The translations under genes and the position numbers were made by a program. A stretch of DNA of 32,982 bases, taken from sequence record SRR31156797_9514; one strand, written 5' to 3'. The notes below the pieces were generated by a model. That model saw only the letters and a program-made list of their open reading frames with translations, was not told the origin of the DNA and did not search any database. Of the stretch, positions 17,219-24,599 are shown piece by piece. Each line of letters opens with the position of its first letter. Within the stretch, counting starts at the first letter, position 1.

Positions 17219-17308
17219 TTGTTTATAGGCTACAAAGTTACTCTCAAAAAAGTTTAAACGAATCTGACGCGATTTAAACGGTGTTTAAACGCGGTCTAGA
17301 TTACTTTG

Positions 17309-17350
17309 CGAGGTTGGTTTTTAGCGTTTCGCTTGCCAACCTCGTTTTTT
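17309..17350 (+). terminator. Intrinsic terminator after gene F
   Basis: CGAGGTTGG 17309-17317 pairs with CCAACCTCG 17336-17344 (inner AGCG/CGCT), followed by T6. Confidence 0.7.
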
Positions 17351-17398
17351 GCGGTAATCATAACCGCGCGTTCTGCACTCTTCCCAAACATCCCATTC

Positions 17399-17446
17399 TT
17401 GAGCAATTCACGTTATTTCTACCCATAAGAACCAATCGATCATTCT
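17399..17446 (+). promoter_or_regulatory. Putative late promoter (PI-like)
   Basis: TTGAGCAATTCACGTTATTTC is shared with 10151-10171; CATTCT follows after a 21-nt spacer. Confidence 0.55.
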
Positions 17447-17525
17447 TAACTCCGCAATATGAATTTATCCATACCAACCAACAAACCGGAGGTTGTTATG
17501 TAACGTTTAACTAGCGGAGTCATTA

Positions 17526-18485
17526 ATGAGCGCAACGGCACTGACAGCATTATGTTTCAACATGTCAGATATCCAGCAGGCTGAAGGAGGCGTTTGGCTT
17601 CCTCTGGTTCCCAAAGGTATCTTCACCGGAATTGATGGACGTACCTGGAATAACTCTCAACCGGATATTGTTGTCGCTCGTTTCGATAAGAAGCGTCCGT
17701 TCGATATCGAACACTCAACTCACATCAAGGGCCCTAAAGGTGAACCAGCTCCTGCATTTGGTTGGATAACCAAGCTTGAAAACCGTGATGGTGAAATATT
17801 TGGTTTCACTGAATGGAACAAAGCTGGGCAAGAGTTAATCGATAACAAGCAATACGCTTTTTACTCCCCAGCCTTTGCATATCTTGAGGACGGTACTGTT
17901 TTAGCAGTAGCCAGTAGCGGCCTTACCAACAATCCAAATCTGGATGTTCCAGCTCTTAATCATAAAGAGGAAACAGCAATGCCACTTGCATTAGTGATTC
18001 GTCAAGCACTTGGTCTGGGCGAGAACGCCACAGAACAAGATGCCGTCACCGCGATCAACTCTCTCAATCAGGAGAAAGATGTCGCACTTAACCGAGCCAA
18101 TACGATTGACCTTGAAAAGGTTGTGCCGAAAGAGACACACCAGCTCGCGCTTAATCGTGCTGAAACTGCGGAAGCCGCACTCAAAGCAATTCAAGACAAA
18201 GAGATTGAAGCTCTGGTTCAGGCCGGTGTTGAAGCTGGAAAGGTTTCACCAGCGAACAAAGAAATGTTCATTGGCATGTGTCGTCAAGAAGGTGGCATTG
18301 AACAGTTCAACAAGTTCATTGAAAGCGCACCTCAAATTGCGACGAACGCTCAGGTGAAAACGCCGAAGACACCTGATGGCAAGCAAAAGCTTGAAGAGCA
18401 TGAAATTGCTCTATGTCGAACCATGGGTGTGACGGAAGAAGAATTCCTTGCAGCTAAACAACAAATGAACGTAGGAGTTAAATAA
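17526..18485 (+). CDS. I: Prohead protease/scaffold (Mu gpI)
   Basis: DGR.W, DIEHST, PAPAFGWI, YSPAF and LTNNPNL motifs; lies upstream of the capsid gene. Confidence 0.92.
   Translation: MSATALTALCFNMSDIQQAEGGVWLPLVPKGIFTGIDGRTWNNSQPDIVVARFDKKRPFDIEHSTHIKGPKGEPAPAFGWITKLENRDGEIFGFTEWNKAGQELIDNKQYAFYSPAFAYLEDGTVLAVASSGLTNNPNLDVPALNHKEETAMPLALVIRQALGLGENATEQDAVTAINSLNQEKDVALNRANTIDLEKVVPKETHQLALNRAETAEAALKAIQDKEIEALVQAGVEAGKVSPANKEMFIGMCRQEGGIEQFNKFIESAPQIATNAQVKTPKTPDGKQKLEEHEIALCRTMGVTEEEFLAAKQQMNVGVK
17979..18485 (+). CDS. Z: Scaffolding protein from an internal in-frame start (Mu gpZ-like)
   Basis: SD AGAGG 17966-17970 and in-frame ATG 17979 (MPLALVIRQALGL) directly after the protease domain, as in Mu I/Z. 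Confidence 0.7.
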   Translation: MPLALVIRQALGLGENATEQDAVTAINSLNQEKDVALNRANTIDLEKVVPKETHQLALNRAETAEAALKAIQDKEIEALVQAGVEAGKVSPANKEMFIGMCRQEGGIEQFNKFIESAPQIATNAQVKTPKTPDGKQKLEEHEIALCRTMGVTEEEFLAAKQQMNVGVK

Positions 18486-19387
18486 TGGCTACTGAAGCAG
18501 AAGTGCTTGCAGCGCTACAGGCAACAATGTCTGCGGCGTACACCAAAGGTCTTAGTGCGGCTAAACCGCAATGGGCAATGGTCGCAACTAAAGTGCCTAG
18601 TGCTGGCGCGGCTAACTATTACGGTTGGCTAAAAGACTTACCTGGTATTACCGAATGGGTTGGTGATCGTCAGTTGGCTGATATGGGTAAGCATGGTTAC
18701 TCAATCGAAAACAAAACATGGGAAAGCTCAATCAGCATTTCCCGTGATGAAGTGGATGACAACCAAATTGGTCAGTACAGCGTTATCGCTCAGAACTATG
18801 GCGACCAAGTTGCTTACTTCCCAGACCTGTTAGTTTATCCACTGTTGGTGGCTGGCTTCACTGAACTTTGTTACGACGGTCAACCGTATTTCGATACAGA
18901 TCACCCGTTAGAAACCACTCCTGCATCAACGTTCTCGAACGTGATTGGCGACCCAGCTACAGATCTAGGCGAACCTTGGTTCTTGATTGATGACACCAAA
19001 GTTCTTAAACCAATTGTTTACCAAGAGCGTCGTCCGTTTGTGTTCAAGAACATGAACCCGACTGAAGAATACACTTGGTTCAACAACAAATACGCTGCTG
19101 GTGTGGATGGCCGTTGTGCTGCTGGTTTCTCTTTCCCTCAATTGGCGATTGGTTCAAAGGCTGCGTTGAACGAAGCGAACTACGCAGAAGCGAAAAAGCT
19201 TCTACGTAAGATGAAGAAAGTCGACGGTACAGCAATCGGCGTTCGTCCAACCAAGCTGGTTGTTGGTCCTAACAACGAAGCTGCGGCTAAGAAGTTGATC
19301 GAAACCATGCTGATTGATGCTGGTAATACAAACGTCTACTACAAAGACGTTGAGATTGTTGTCCACGAACAGTTGGCTATCGACTAA
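18485..19387 (+). CDS. T: Major capsid protein (Mu gpT)
   Basis: YGWL...P...EWVGDR, CYDGQPYFDTDHP, KPIVYQER and P.KLVVGP motifs. Confidence 0.95.
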   Translation: MATEAEVLAALQATMSAAYTKGLSAAKPQWAMVATKVPSAGAANYYGWLKDLPGITEWVGDRQLADMGKHGYSIENKTWESSISISRDEVDDNQIGQYSVIAQNYGDQVAYFPDLLVYPLLVAGFTELCYDGQPYFDTDHPLETTPASTFSNVIGDPATDLGEPWFLIDDTKVLKPIVYQERRPFVFKNMNPTEEYTWFNNKYAAGVDGRCAAGFSFPQLAIGSKAALNEANYAEAKKLLRKMKKVDGTAIGVRPTKLVVGPNNEAAAKKLIETMLIDAGNTNVYYKDVEIVVHEQLAID

Positions 19388-19630
19388 GCGTAAAGGCTCA
19401 TCAGCTTTATAGTGATGACGGGCTGGCGGTGTTCACTCACCGCCACGCAATTCGGAGAGTGACATGACGAAACAGGTTGAAGTTGGCGCTGCTCAAAGGT
19501 CAGAAGTTCCGGTTCATGCATTACACCAATGATGCATCCAAAGCCGTATCAATTGTTTCGTTCGCAGCCAGTGGCGTATTGCCATCATCTGCGGGAGTCA
19601 CTCTCAGCTTGTTTGGGATTATCCCAACCT
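19388..19630 (+). ncRNA. Putative structured RNA downstream of gpT
   Basis: 261-nt intergenic gap containing at least seven mutually compatible nested helices (see findings). Confidence 0.6.
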
Positions 19631-19648
19631 AATTGAAAGGAGTTCACC

Positions 19649-20371
19649 GTGAGTGGAACTGCATCAAAAACATCAACGCGAAAACCTCGCACCACAAAGT
19701 CTACCGCTGGATCTGATAAAGAAACAGTGGCAGCGAGTGATTCCCAGTCTCAAGCGAAAGCCGAACAGGACGAGAAGCTGAAACAAGAAGCGGAAGCTCA
19801 GGAGCAAGCCCAAGCGGAAGCGGAAGACACAGCCAAAGTTCAAGAAGATGTTGCGGCTAACGTGGAAGATGACATGAAAGCAGAAGCTAATGCAGAAGCA
19901 GAAAATGACGCAGAAGCGACTGAAGATAAACCTGATGAGTCTGACTCTGCGAAGCAGGAAGAACCTGTGGAGAGTGACAAGCCTGAGCATCCAGCTAAGA
20001 CGGCGGACTCTGACCAACCAGAAAAAGGAAGTGAAGACGATGTCCAATTGGATTCAACGAAAACTGCTGGTGATATTGATGGGACTGCTGGTGCTGTTCT
20101 CGGTATTACTGGTGCCCTTAAAGTACGCGCTAAATCAGCTCAAGGTTTTTGGCGCAGTGGTGTTAAGTTCCTTCGAACGAAAGATACGTACCTGCTCGTG
20201 GTTGACGAAATGCCGACGAATCAGCCTGCGACAGTGGCACAGGATGGTATCGAACCTGAGCTTGTTCTGTTCATGTCTAAAGAAAAAGCTCAGCGCGTCC
20301 ACCGCGAACCGAACTTGGTGGTTGAAGTGGTTGAACTCTCCGAAGTTATCGACATAGAAGACATGGCATAA
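19649..20371 (+). CDS. Mu gp35/HI1506-like protein with acidic low-complexity N-terminus
   Basis: SD AAAGGAG and GTG start; C-terminal GFWRSG..F...EPNLVVE motif; lies after gpT. Confidence 0.75.
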   Translation: MSGTASKTSTRKPRTTKSTAGSDKETVAASDSQSQAKAEQDEKLKQEAEAQEQAQAEAEDTAKVQEDVAANVEDDMKAEANAEAENDAEATEDKPDESDSAKQEEPVESDKPEHPAKTADSDQPEKGSEDDVQLDSTKTAGDIDGTAGAVLGITGALKVRAKSAQGFWRSGVKFLRTKDTYLLVVDEMPTNQPATVAQDGIEPELVLFMSKEKAQRVHREPNLVVEVVELSEVIDIEDMA

Positions 20372-20388
20372 GCATAAGGCAATAAGTG

Positions 20389-20820
20389 ATGGCAGTTTAC
20401 GCAACTAAAGATGACTTGCTTATCCGTGACAAGTCGATGCTCTGGAACCTCGCAATGGATCGCGAGACTGGTGAGTTAAATGACACATGGATTGACCAAG
20501 CTCTAGAACAGGCCGATGACGAGATCAACTCTCTATTAACGAAGTTTGCTCTCCCTTTGGTCACGGTTCCTAGCTTGTTGAATAAGCAAGCCATCATTAT
20601 TGCCTTTTATTGGTTGGCAGACCGAGACAACCAAGCCACTGACCTTTTAGAGAAACGCTATGAAAAAGCCATCGCGACTTTGAAAGAAATCGCCAGTGGT
20701 AAACGAGACTTAGGTCTGCCAGCCGCAGACAAACCAGAAGAAACCAGTATTGGCAAAGTGGAAATCGTCCAGGACAACACACGAATGTTCACTCGTGATT
20801 CACTCAAAGGGGTCTTGTAA
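20389..20820 (+). CDS. Head-tail adaptor (Mu gp36, DUF1320)
   Basis: YATKDDL...ADDEINS.L...LPL...RYEKAI..LKEIASGK..LG signature. Confidence 0.88.
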   Translation: MAVYATKDDLLIRDKSMLWNLAMDRETGELNDTWIDQALEQADDEINSLLTKFALPLVTVPSLLNKQAIIIAFYWLADRDNQATDLLEKRYEKAIATLKEIASGKRDLGLPAADKPEETSIGKVEIVQDNTRMFTRDSLKGVL

Positions 20821-21362
20821 TGAGCATCAGTGTTGAGGTTCGCGGCGATACCAATTTTGAGCAGTACCAGCGCTTAATCGAAAACCTCAGCGACCCAAAA
20901 CACAAAGAGCTGCTGCTTGACGGTTTAGGTGCAGTGGTTGAAAGCCAAACTCGGAGACGTATTGCTGATGAGAAAACTGCACCGGATGGCAGTGCTTGGC
21001 CTGAGTGGAACGCTAGCTATGCAAAGACTCGGCACAGTAACCAGTCAAAGTTGCAAGGCGATGGAGACTTGCTTGATTCGATTCAGTACATCGTGGAGCG
21101 AAATCAAGTTCGAATTGGATCGCCATTGGTCTATGCACGAGTGCTTAACGATGGCTTTGAAGGTGCGGTTCAAGTGTCTCCGCATACGCGCCTTATTACG
21201 CAAGCCTTTGGTAAGGCGTTGCGGTATCCGGTTTATCAGAACGTAGGCTCGTTTACCCGAATGATGAACATGCCACAGTACCAGTTCCTTGGGCTGAGTG
21301 GCGAAAACCAAACCGAGGTTTACGCAGTGATTGGTGACTTCTGGCAAGGACTAATGCAATGA
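20820..21362 (+). CDS. Phage virion morphogenesis protein (Mu gpG / tail-S family)
   Basis: APDGSAW, G.LLDSI, IGS.LVYA and MP.YQFLGLS motifs. Confidence 0.85.
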   Translation: MSISVEVRGDTNFEQYQRLIENLSDPKHKELLLDGLGAVVESQTRRRIADEKTAPDGSAWPEWNASYAKTRHSNQSKLQGDGDLLDSIQYIVERNQVRIGSPLVYARVLNDGFEGAVQVSPHTRLITQAFGKALRYPVYQNVGSFTRMMNMPQYQFLGLSGENQTEVYAVIGDFWQGLMQ

Positions 21363-21961
21363 GTACCAGACCAAGTTTTGAAACAGCAGGTTCAACCGTC
21401 TATGCCTGCCAACAGGTGGTTGAGTATTTGAAGCCACTGCTTGAAGGCGGTGATGCGGACATTGATAAAGTCGAAGTCGTTGAGCGACATATCGGCAGAT
21501 TAAACACCCAAGAAGAATTGAAGCGCTGGATGGGACCTCGTGACGGTGGTATTCGCATTGCGGCTTTGAATGTAACCAATTACGAAAAGATTGGTGGCGA
21601 CATTGTCGGCACAGTAAGCATGGCGGCTTATGTATTCGCGTCAGATAAGTTTGCGTATTCACGCGATGAGCGAGCAGAAGTGATTGCTGGTCAGTTGGTT
21701 ATTGCCATGATGGCAAGTTCCATGCCTCCAAATGCTTACGGCAATGCAATGAATATTCGCTGTGACAACTTGTATTCAGACAAGATCGACAACAAAGGCG
21801 TGGCGATGTGGTCAGTAACTTGGTCGCAGAAATGGCAACTCAATGTGCCAATCGATCTATCCAAACTAGATGATTTCATCACTTTCGATTTCAAAGGTGA
21901 AATAGCTGAAGGCGCACCGTTAATCGAAGGCGAACAAACGTTACCTCAAGAGGAAGTGTGA
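21359..21961 (+). CDS. Mu gp37-like tail completion protein
   Basis: Synteny; NLYS...G.AMWSVTW.Q and LDDF.T motifs. Confidence 0.7.
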   Translation: MSTRPSFETAGSTVYACQQVVEYLKPLLEGGDADIDKVEVVERHIGRLNTQEELKRWMGPRDGGIRIAALNVTNYEKIGGDIVGTVSMAAYVFASDKFAYSRDERAEVIAGQLVIAMMASSMPPNAYGNAMNIRCDNLYSDKIDNKGVAMWSVTWSQKWQLNVPIDLSKLDDFITFDFKGEIAEGAPLIEGEQTLPQEEV

Positions 21962-21962
21962 C

Positions 21963-22265
21963 ATGTTAATTATCGTTAAACCTGCCAAAGAAAATGTGAA
22001 GGTTCGTAAAGAAAACGGCGCTCACCTTTCTGTTAAGGGTGAACAAGTAGAAAGCTCATCGTTCTGGAAGCGCCAAGCGAAAGCTCGCGACGTTGTGATC
22101 TTAAACGATGACGAAGCCAAAGCATGGCGTGATGCCATCGAAGCAGAGAAGACTAAGCGCCGTGAAGACGCGAAAAAAGTTAAAGCTGAGCTGGAAAAAG
22201 AAGCCGCTGCCAAAGCGAAAGCTGAAAAGGCAGCAGCCAAAAAAACTGAGACTCAAGGAGAATAA
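21963..22265 (+). CDS. Mu gp38-like (DUF2635) protein with Lys/Ala-rich tail
   Basis: VKPA...VR..NG..L...GE.V..S.FW.R....DV motif; precedes the sheath gene. Confidence 0.75.
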   Translation: MLIIVKPAKENVKVRKENGAHLSVKGEQVESSSFWKRQAKARDVVILNDDEAKAWRDAIEAEKTKRREDAKKVKAELEKEAAAKAKAEKAAAKKTETQGE

Positions 22266-22267
22266 CC

Positions 22268-23746
22268 ATGCTAGGTAATATTCCTAATGATGTAAGAACG
22301 CCGTTGTTCTTCATGGACTTTGACAACAGCAAAGCGCTAAGTGGAACACCAGCGCAGGTTCACCGCGTTCTTGTCATTGGTCAGCAGTTGGCAACGGGTA
22401 CCGCGCAGCCTTTAGAACTGACTCGCATTGGCACATCCGAAAGCCAAATGGATGAGCAGTTTGGTAAGGGCGCAATGATGTCTCGCATGTTGAAAGCCTT
22501 CCGCAAAGCGAACTTCTATCAAGATGTGTACGCACTGGGTGTGACCATTGATGGCGGTGCGGCGGCTGTAGGTGAGATTCAAGTGGCAGTGACTACCGCA
22601 AAAGCGGGTGTTATCTACTTGCTCATCGATGGCGATTCCGTTCAAGTGACCGTGAATGCAGACGACACTGACGAAGATATCGCAGCAGCGATCATTGCGA
22701 AGGTGAACGAAGATACCAACCTACCAGTGACAGCGGCACTCAAAGCGGGTGAAACCACCATCGTCGCATTGACTTGTAAATGGACGGGTCAAACAGGTAA
22801 CGATCTTGATGTTCGCTACAACTACTACGACGGAGAGGTACTACCTGCTGGTGTGACACTGACCATCGTCGATATGGCAGGTGGTGCAGGAACGCCAGAC
22901 ATGGCAGAAGTCACGAACGCGATTCCTGACGAATGGTACAACCATATTTCAATGCCGTTCAACGATACCCAAAGCATGAACGCTCTGCGTGATGAGCTAA
23001 TCAATCGCTGGGGTCCGTTAGTCATGATGGAAGGCATTGCTTATACTGCTTTCCGTGGTACCTACGCAGAAACAGGTACGTTCGGTGAGTCACGCAATGA
23101 CTTTTTGTTTACCTGTATGGGCACCAACAAATCACCACAAGCGCCTTACCTATGGTCGGCTGTTTACAGTGCGATTGCTTCTTACAACTTGGCAATCGAT
23201 CCAGCTCGCCCACTGCAAACTCTGGTTCTGAAGGGTATCTTGCCGCCAGCTAAAGCTGACCGTTGGCCTCAGTTCCCTGAGCGCAACAATCTGCTTGGTG
23301 ATGGCATTGCAACATATACCGTGACGGCTGGTGGTGAGGTTGCCATTGAGCGTGAAGTATCTATGTATCGCGTGAATAGCTTTGGTGACCCTGACCCTAG
23401 CTACATGGACATTACCACGCCAGCAACCTTGGGTTACTTGCGTTACTCCATGCGTACTATGGTGACGAATAGTTTTCCTCGTCACAAATTAGCCGGTGAT
23501 GATGTACTCGATACGCTCGACCCAGCTCAGCCAGTGGTAACACCTAAGATTATGCGCCAAGCACTCATTGCATTAGCAAGCACAGACTGGGTGCCAAAAG
23601 GTTTGATCGAAGATTTAGCCGGCTTCAAAGAGACCTTAGAAGTGTATCGAGACGGCAGCGACAATAACCGTTTGAACGTTCTGCTTAACCCTGACTTGGT
23701 TAACCAGTTACGTGTGCTTGCATCTCTTAACCAATTCATTCTTTAA
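22268..23746 (+). CDS. L: Tail sheath protein (Mu gpL)
   Basis: IP..VRTPLF..DFDNS, DPARPLQTL.L, FPRHKLA and PDLVNQLRV motifs. Confidence 0.95.
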   Translation: MLGNIPNDVRTPLFFMDFDNSKALSGTPAQVHRVLVIGQQLATGTAQPLELTRIGTSESQMDEQFGKGAMMSRMLKAFRKANFYQDVYALGVTIDGGAAAVGEIQVAVTTAKAGVIYLLIDGDSVQVTVNADDTDEDIAAAIIAKVNEDTNLPVTAALKAGETTIVALTCKWTGQTGNDLDVRYNYYDGEVLPAGVTLTIVDMAGGAGTPDMAEVTNAIPDEWYNHISMPFNDTQSMNALRDELINRWGPLVMMEGIAYTAFRGTYAETGTFGESRNDFLFTCMGTNKSPQAPYLWSAVYSAIASYNLAIDPARPLQTLVLKGILPPAKADRWPQFPERNNLLGDGIATYTVTAGGEVAIEREVSMYRVNSFGDPDPSYMDITTPATLGYLRYSMRTMVTNSFPRHKLAGDDVLDTLDPAQPVVTPKIMRQALIALASTDWVPKGLIEDLAGFKETLEVYRDGSDNNRLNVLLNPDLVNQLRVLASLNQFIL

Positions 23747-23756
23747 GGAGTAAGTC

Positions 23757-24113
23757 ATGGGACGAATTCTTGGTGAAGTCATTATCCGTATGAACAATAA
23801 ACGGATTAAGGCAAAAAAAGGTACCACGCTTAACCCAGGTGGCGTTCGTCGCACCAAACACCCAAAGCCAGGTGGTGGAATTTATGGCACGTCGCGAGAG
23901 TCTGTTGGTGGTTCCATCAGTGTGATCATCGCAGCCGATGAAGATGTCGATGTCATCGAAATCAACGAGGTTGAAGATGCAACGCTGACATGGGAAGGCG
24001 ACAACGGCCTTGAGTACATGATGACAGATTCTTCAGCTATGGAACCTTTTACCGTCAGTGACTCTGGTGAAATCGTCGGTACCTTCGAAGGTGACGCGGC
24101 GGAGAGAATCTAA
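23757..24113 (+). CDS. M: Tail tube protein (Mu gpM-like)
   Basis: 118 aa, follows the sheath gene; strong SD AAGGAG. Confidence 0.85.
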   Translation: MGRILGEVIIRMNNKRIKAKKGTTLNPGGVRRTKHPKPGGGIYGTSRESVGGSISVIIAADEDVDVIEINEVEDATLTWEGDNGLEYMMTDSSAMEPFTVSDSGEIVGTFEGDAAERI

Positions 24114-24457
24114 TGGCGATCATGACGTTTGAATTAACGCATGGCTACAAGGTGGGTGAAGTCACCCACCATGAAGTTGGCCTCCGCGAATTGAATTCTG
24201 GTGATTACATCGACGCGCAGTTAGCCGCTGAAAAGGTGGTGGTGGTTGATGGCAAGGCTGTCGCTTACACATCAGATGTGCTCTATGGATTGGAATTACT
24301 TTGCCGACAAGTAGATTACATCGGAAAAGTTCAAGGTCCACTTAGCGCTAAAGACTTTCGTAAGCTTCATCAGGAAGACTTCAAACTCATCCAAGAAAAA
24401 GCACAAGAGCTTGACGAGATGATTGTGCAGGAGCTTGAGCGACGGGGGCGATCTTAA
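24113..24457 (+). CDS. Tail assembly chaperone (Mu gp41-like)
   Basis: Between tube and tape measure genes; ends with the slippery CGG GGG CGA. Confidence 0.88.
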   Translation: MAIMTFELTHGYKVGEVTHHEVGLRELNSGDYIDAQLAAEKVVVVDGKAVAYTSDVLYGLELLCRQVDYIGKVQGPLSAKDFRKLHQEDFKLIQEKAQELDEMIVQELERRGRS

Positions 24458-24599
24458 GCTGTTTGCGGAAATGGCTGAGAGCTTGCAGCTTGCTCTCAGT
24501 TCTCGTTACCCAATCAGCGAAACCCGTCACTTCTCTCTCCGTCGATTGCTGCGTATCTACTACAAACTAAGAGATATGAATAATGGCCCAGCGTCTTGA
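24447..24599 (+). CDS. Frameshift extension of the tail chaperone (-2 frame, 50 aa)
   Basis: Open frame GDLKLFAEMAESLQLALSSRYPISETRHFSLRRLLRIYYKLRDMNNGPAS* runs from the slippery site to TGA 24597-24599. Confidence 0.75.
   Translation, partial: GDLKLFAEMAESLQLALSSRYPISETRHFSLRRLLRIYYKLRDMNNGPAS

Noticed and set aside
17281-17514. 77-aa ORF in the F-I gap
   Set aside because: No SD; it runs through a terminator and the promoter motif.
19398-19560. Second hammerhead on the minus strand (CTGATGAG and CGAAAC both present)
   Set aside because: Stem I cannot form next to the core and GAAAC is locked in a continuous helix. On the plus strand the core reads GTGATGA with no stem II.
19464-19635. 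Two tiny ORFs (22 aa from 19464, 34 aa from 19532) after gpT
   Set aside because: The SD-like GGAGAG is paired in the long-range helix and the peptides are unremarkable. RNA structure explains the region better.
20040-20357. Overlapping +1-frame ORF with a hydrophobic N-terminus (MSNWIQRKLLVILMGLLVLF) and AAGGA upstream
   Set aside because: Hydrophobicity is expected from NNT codons of the main frame read in +1. No independent support, though not strictly excluded.
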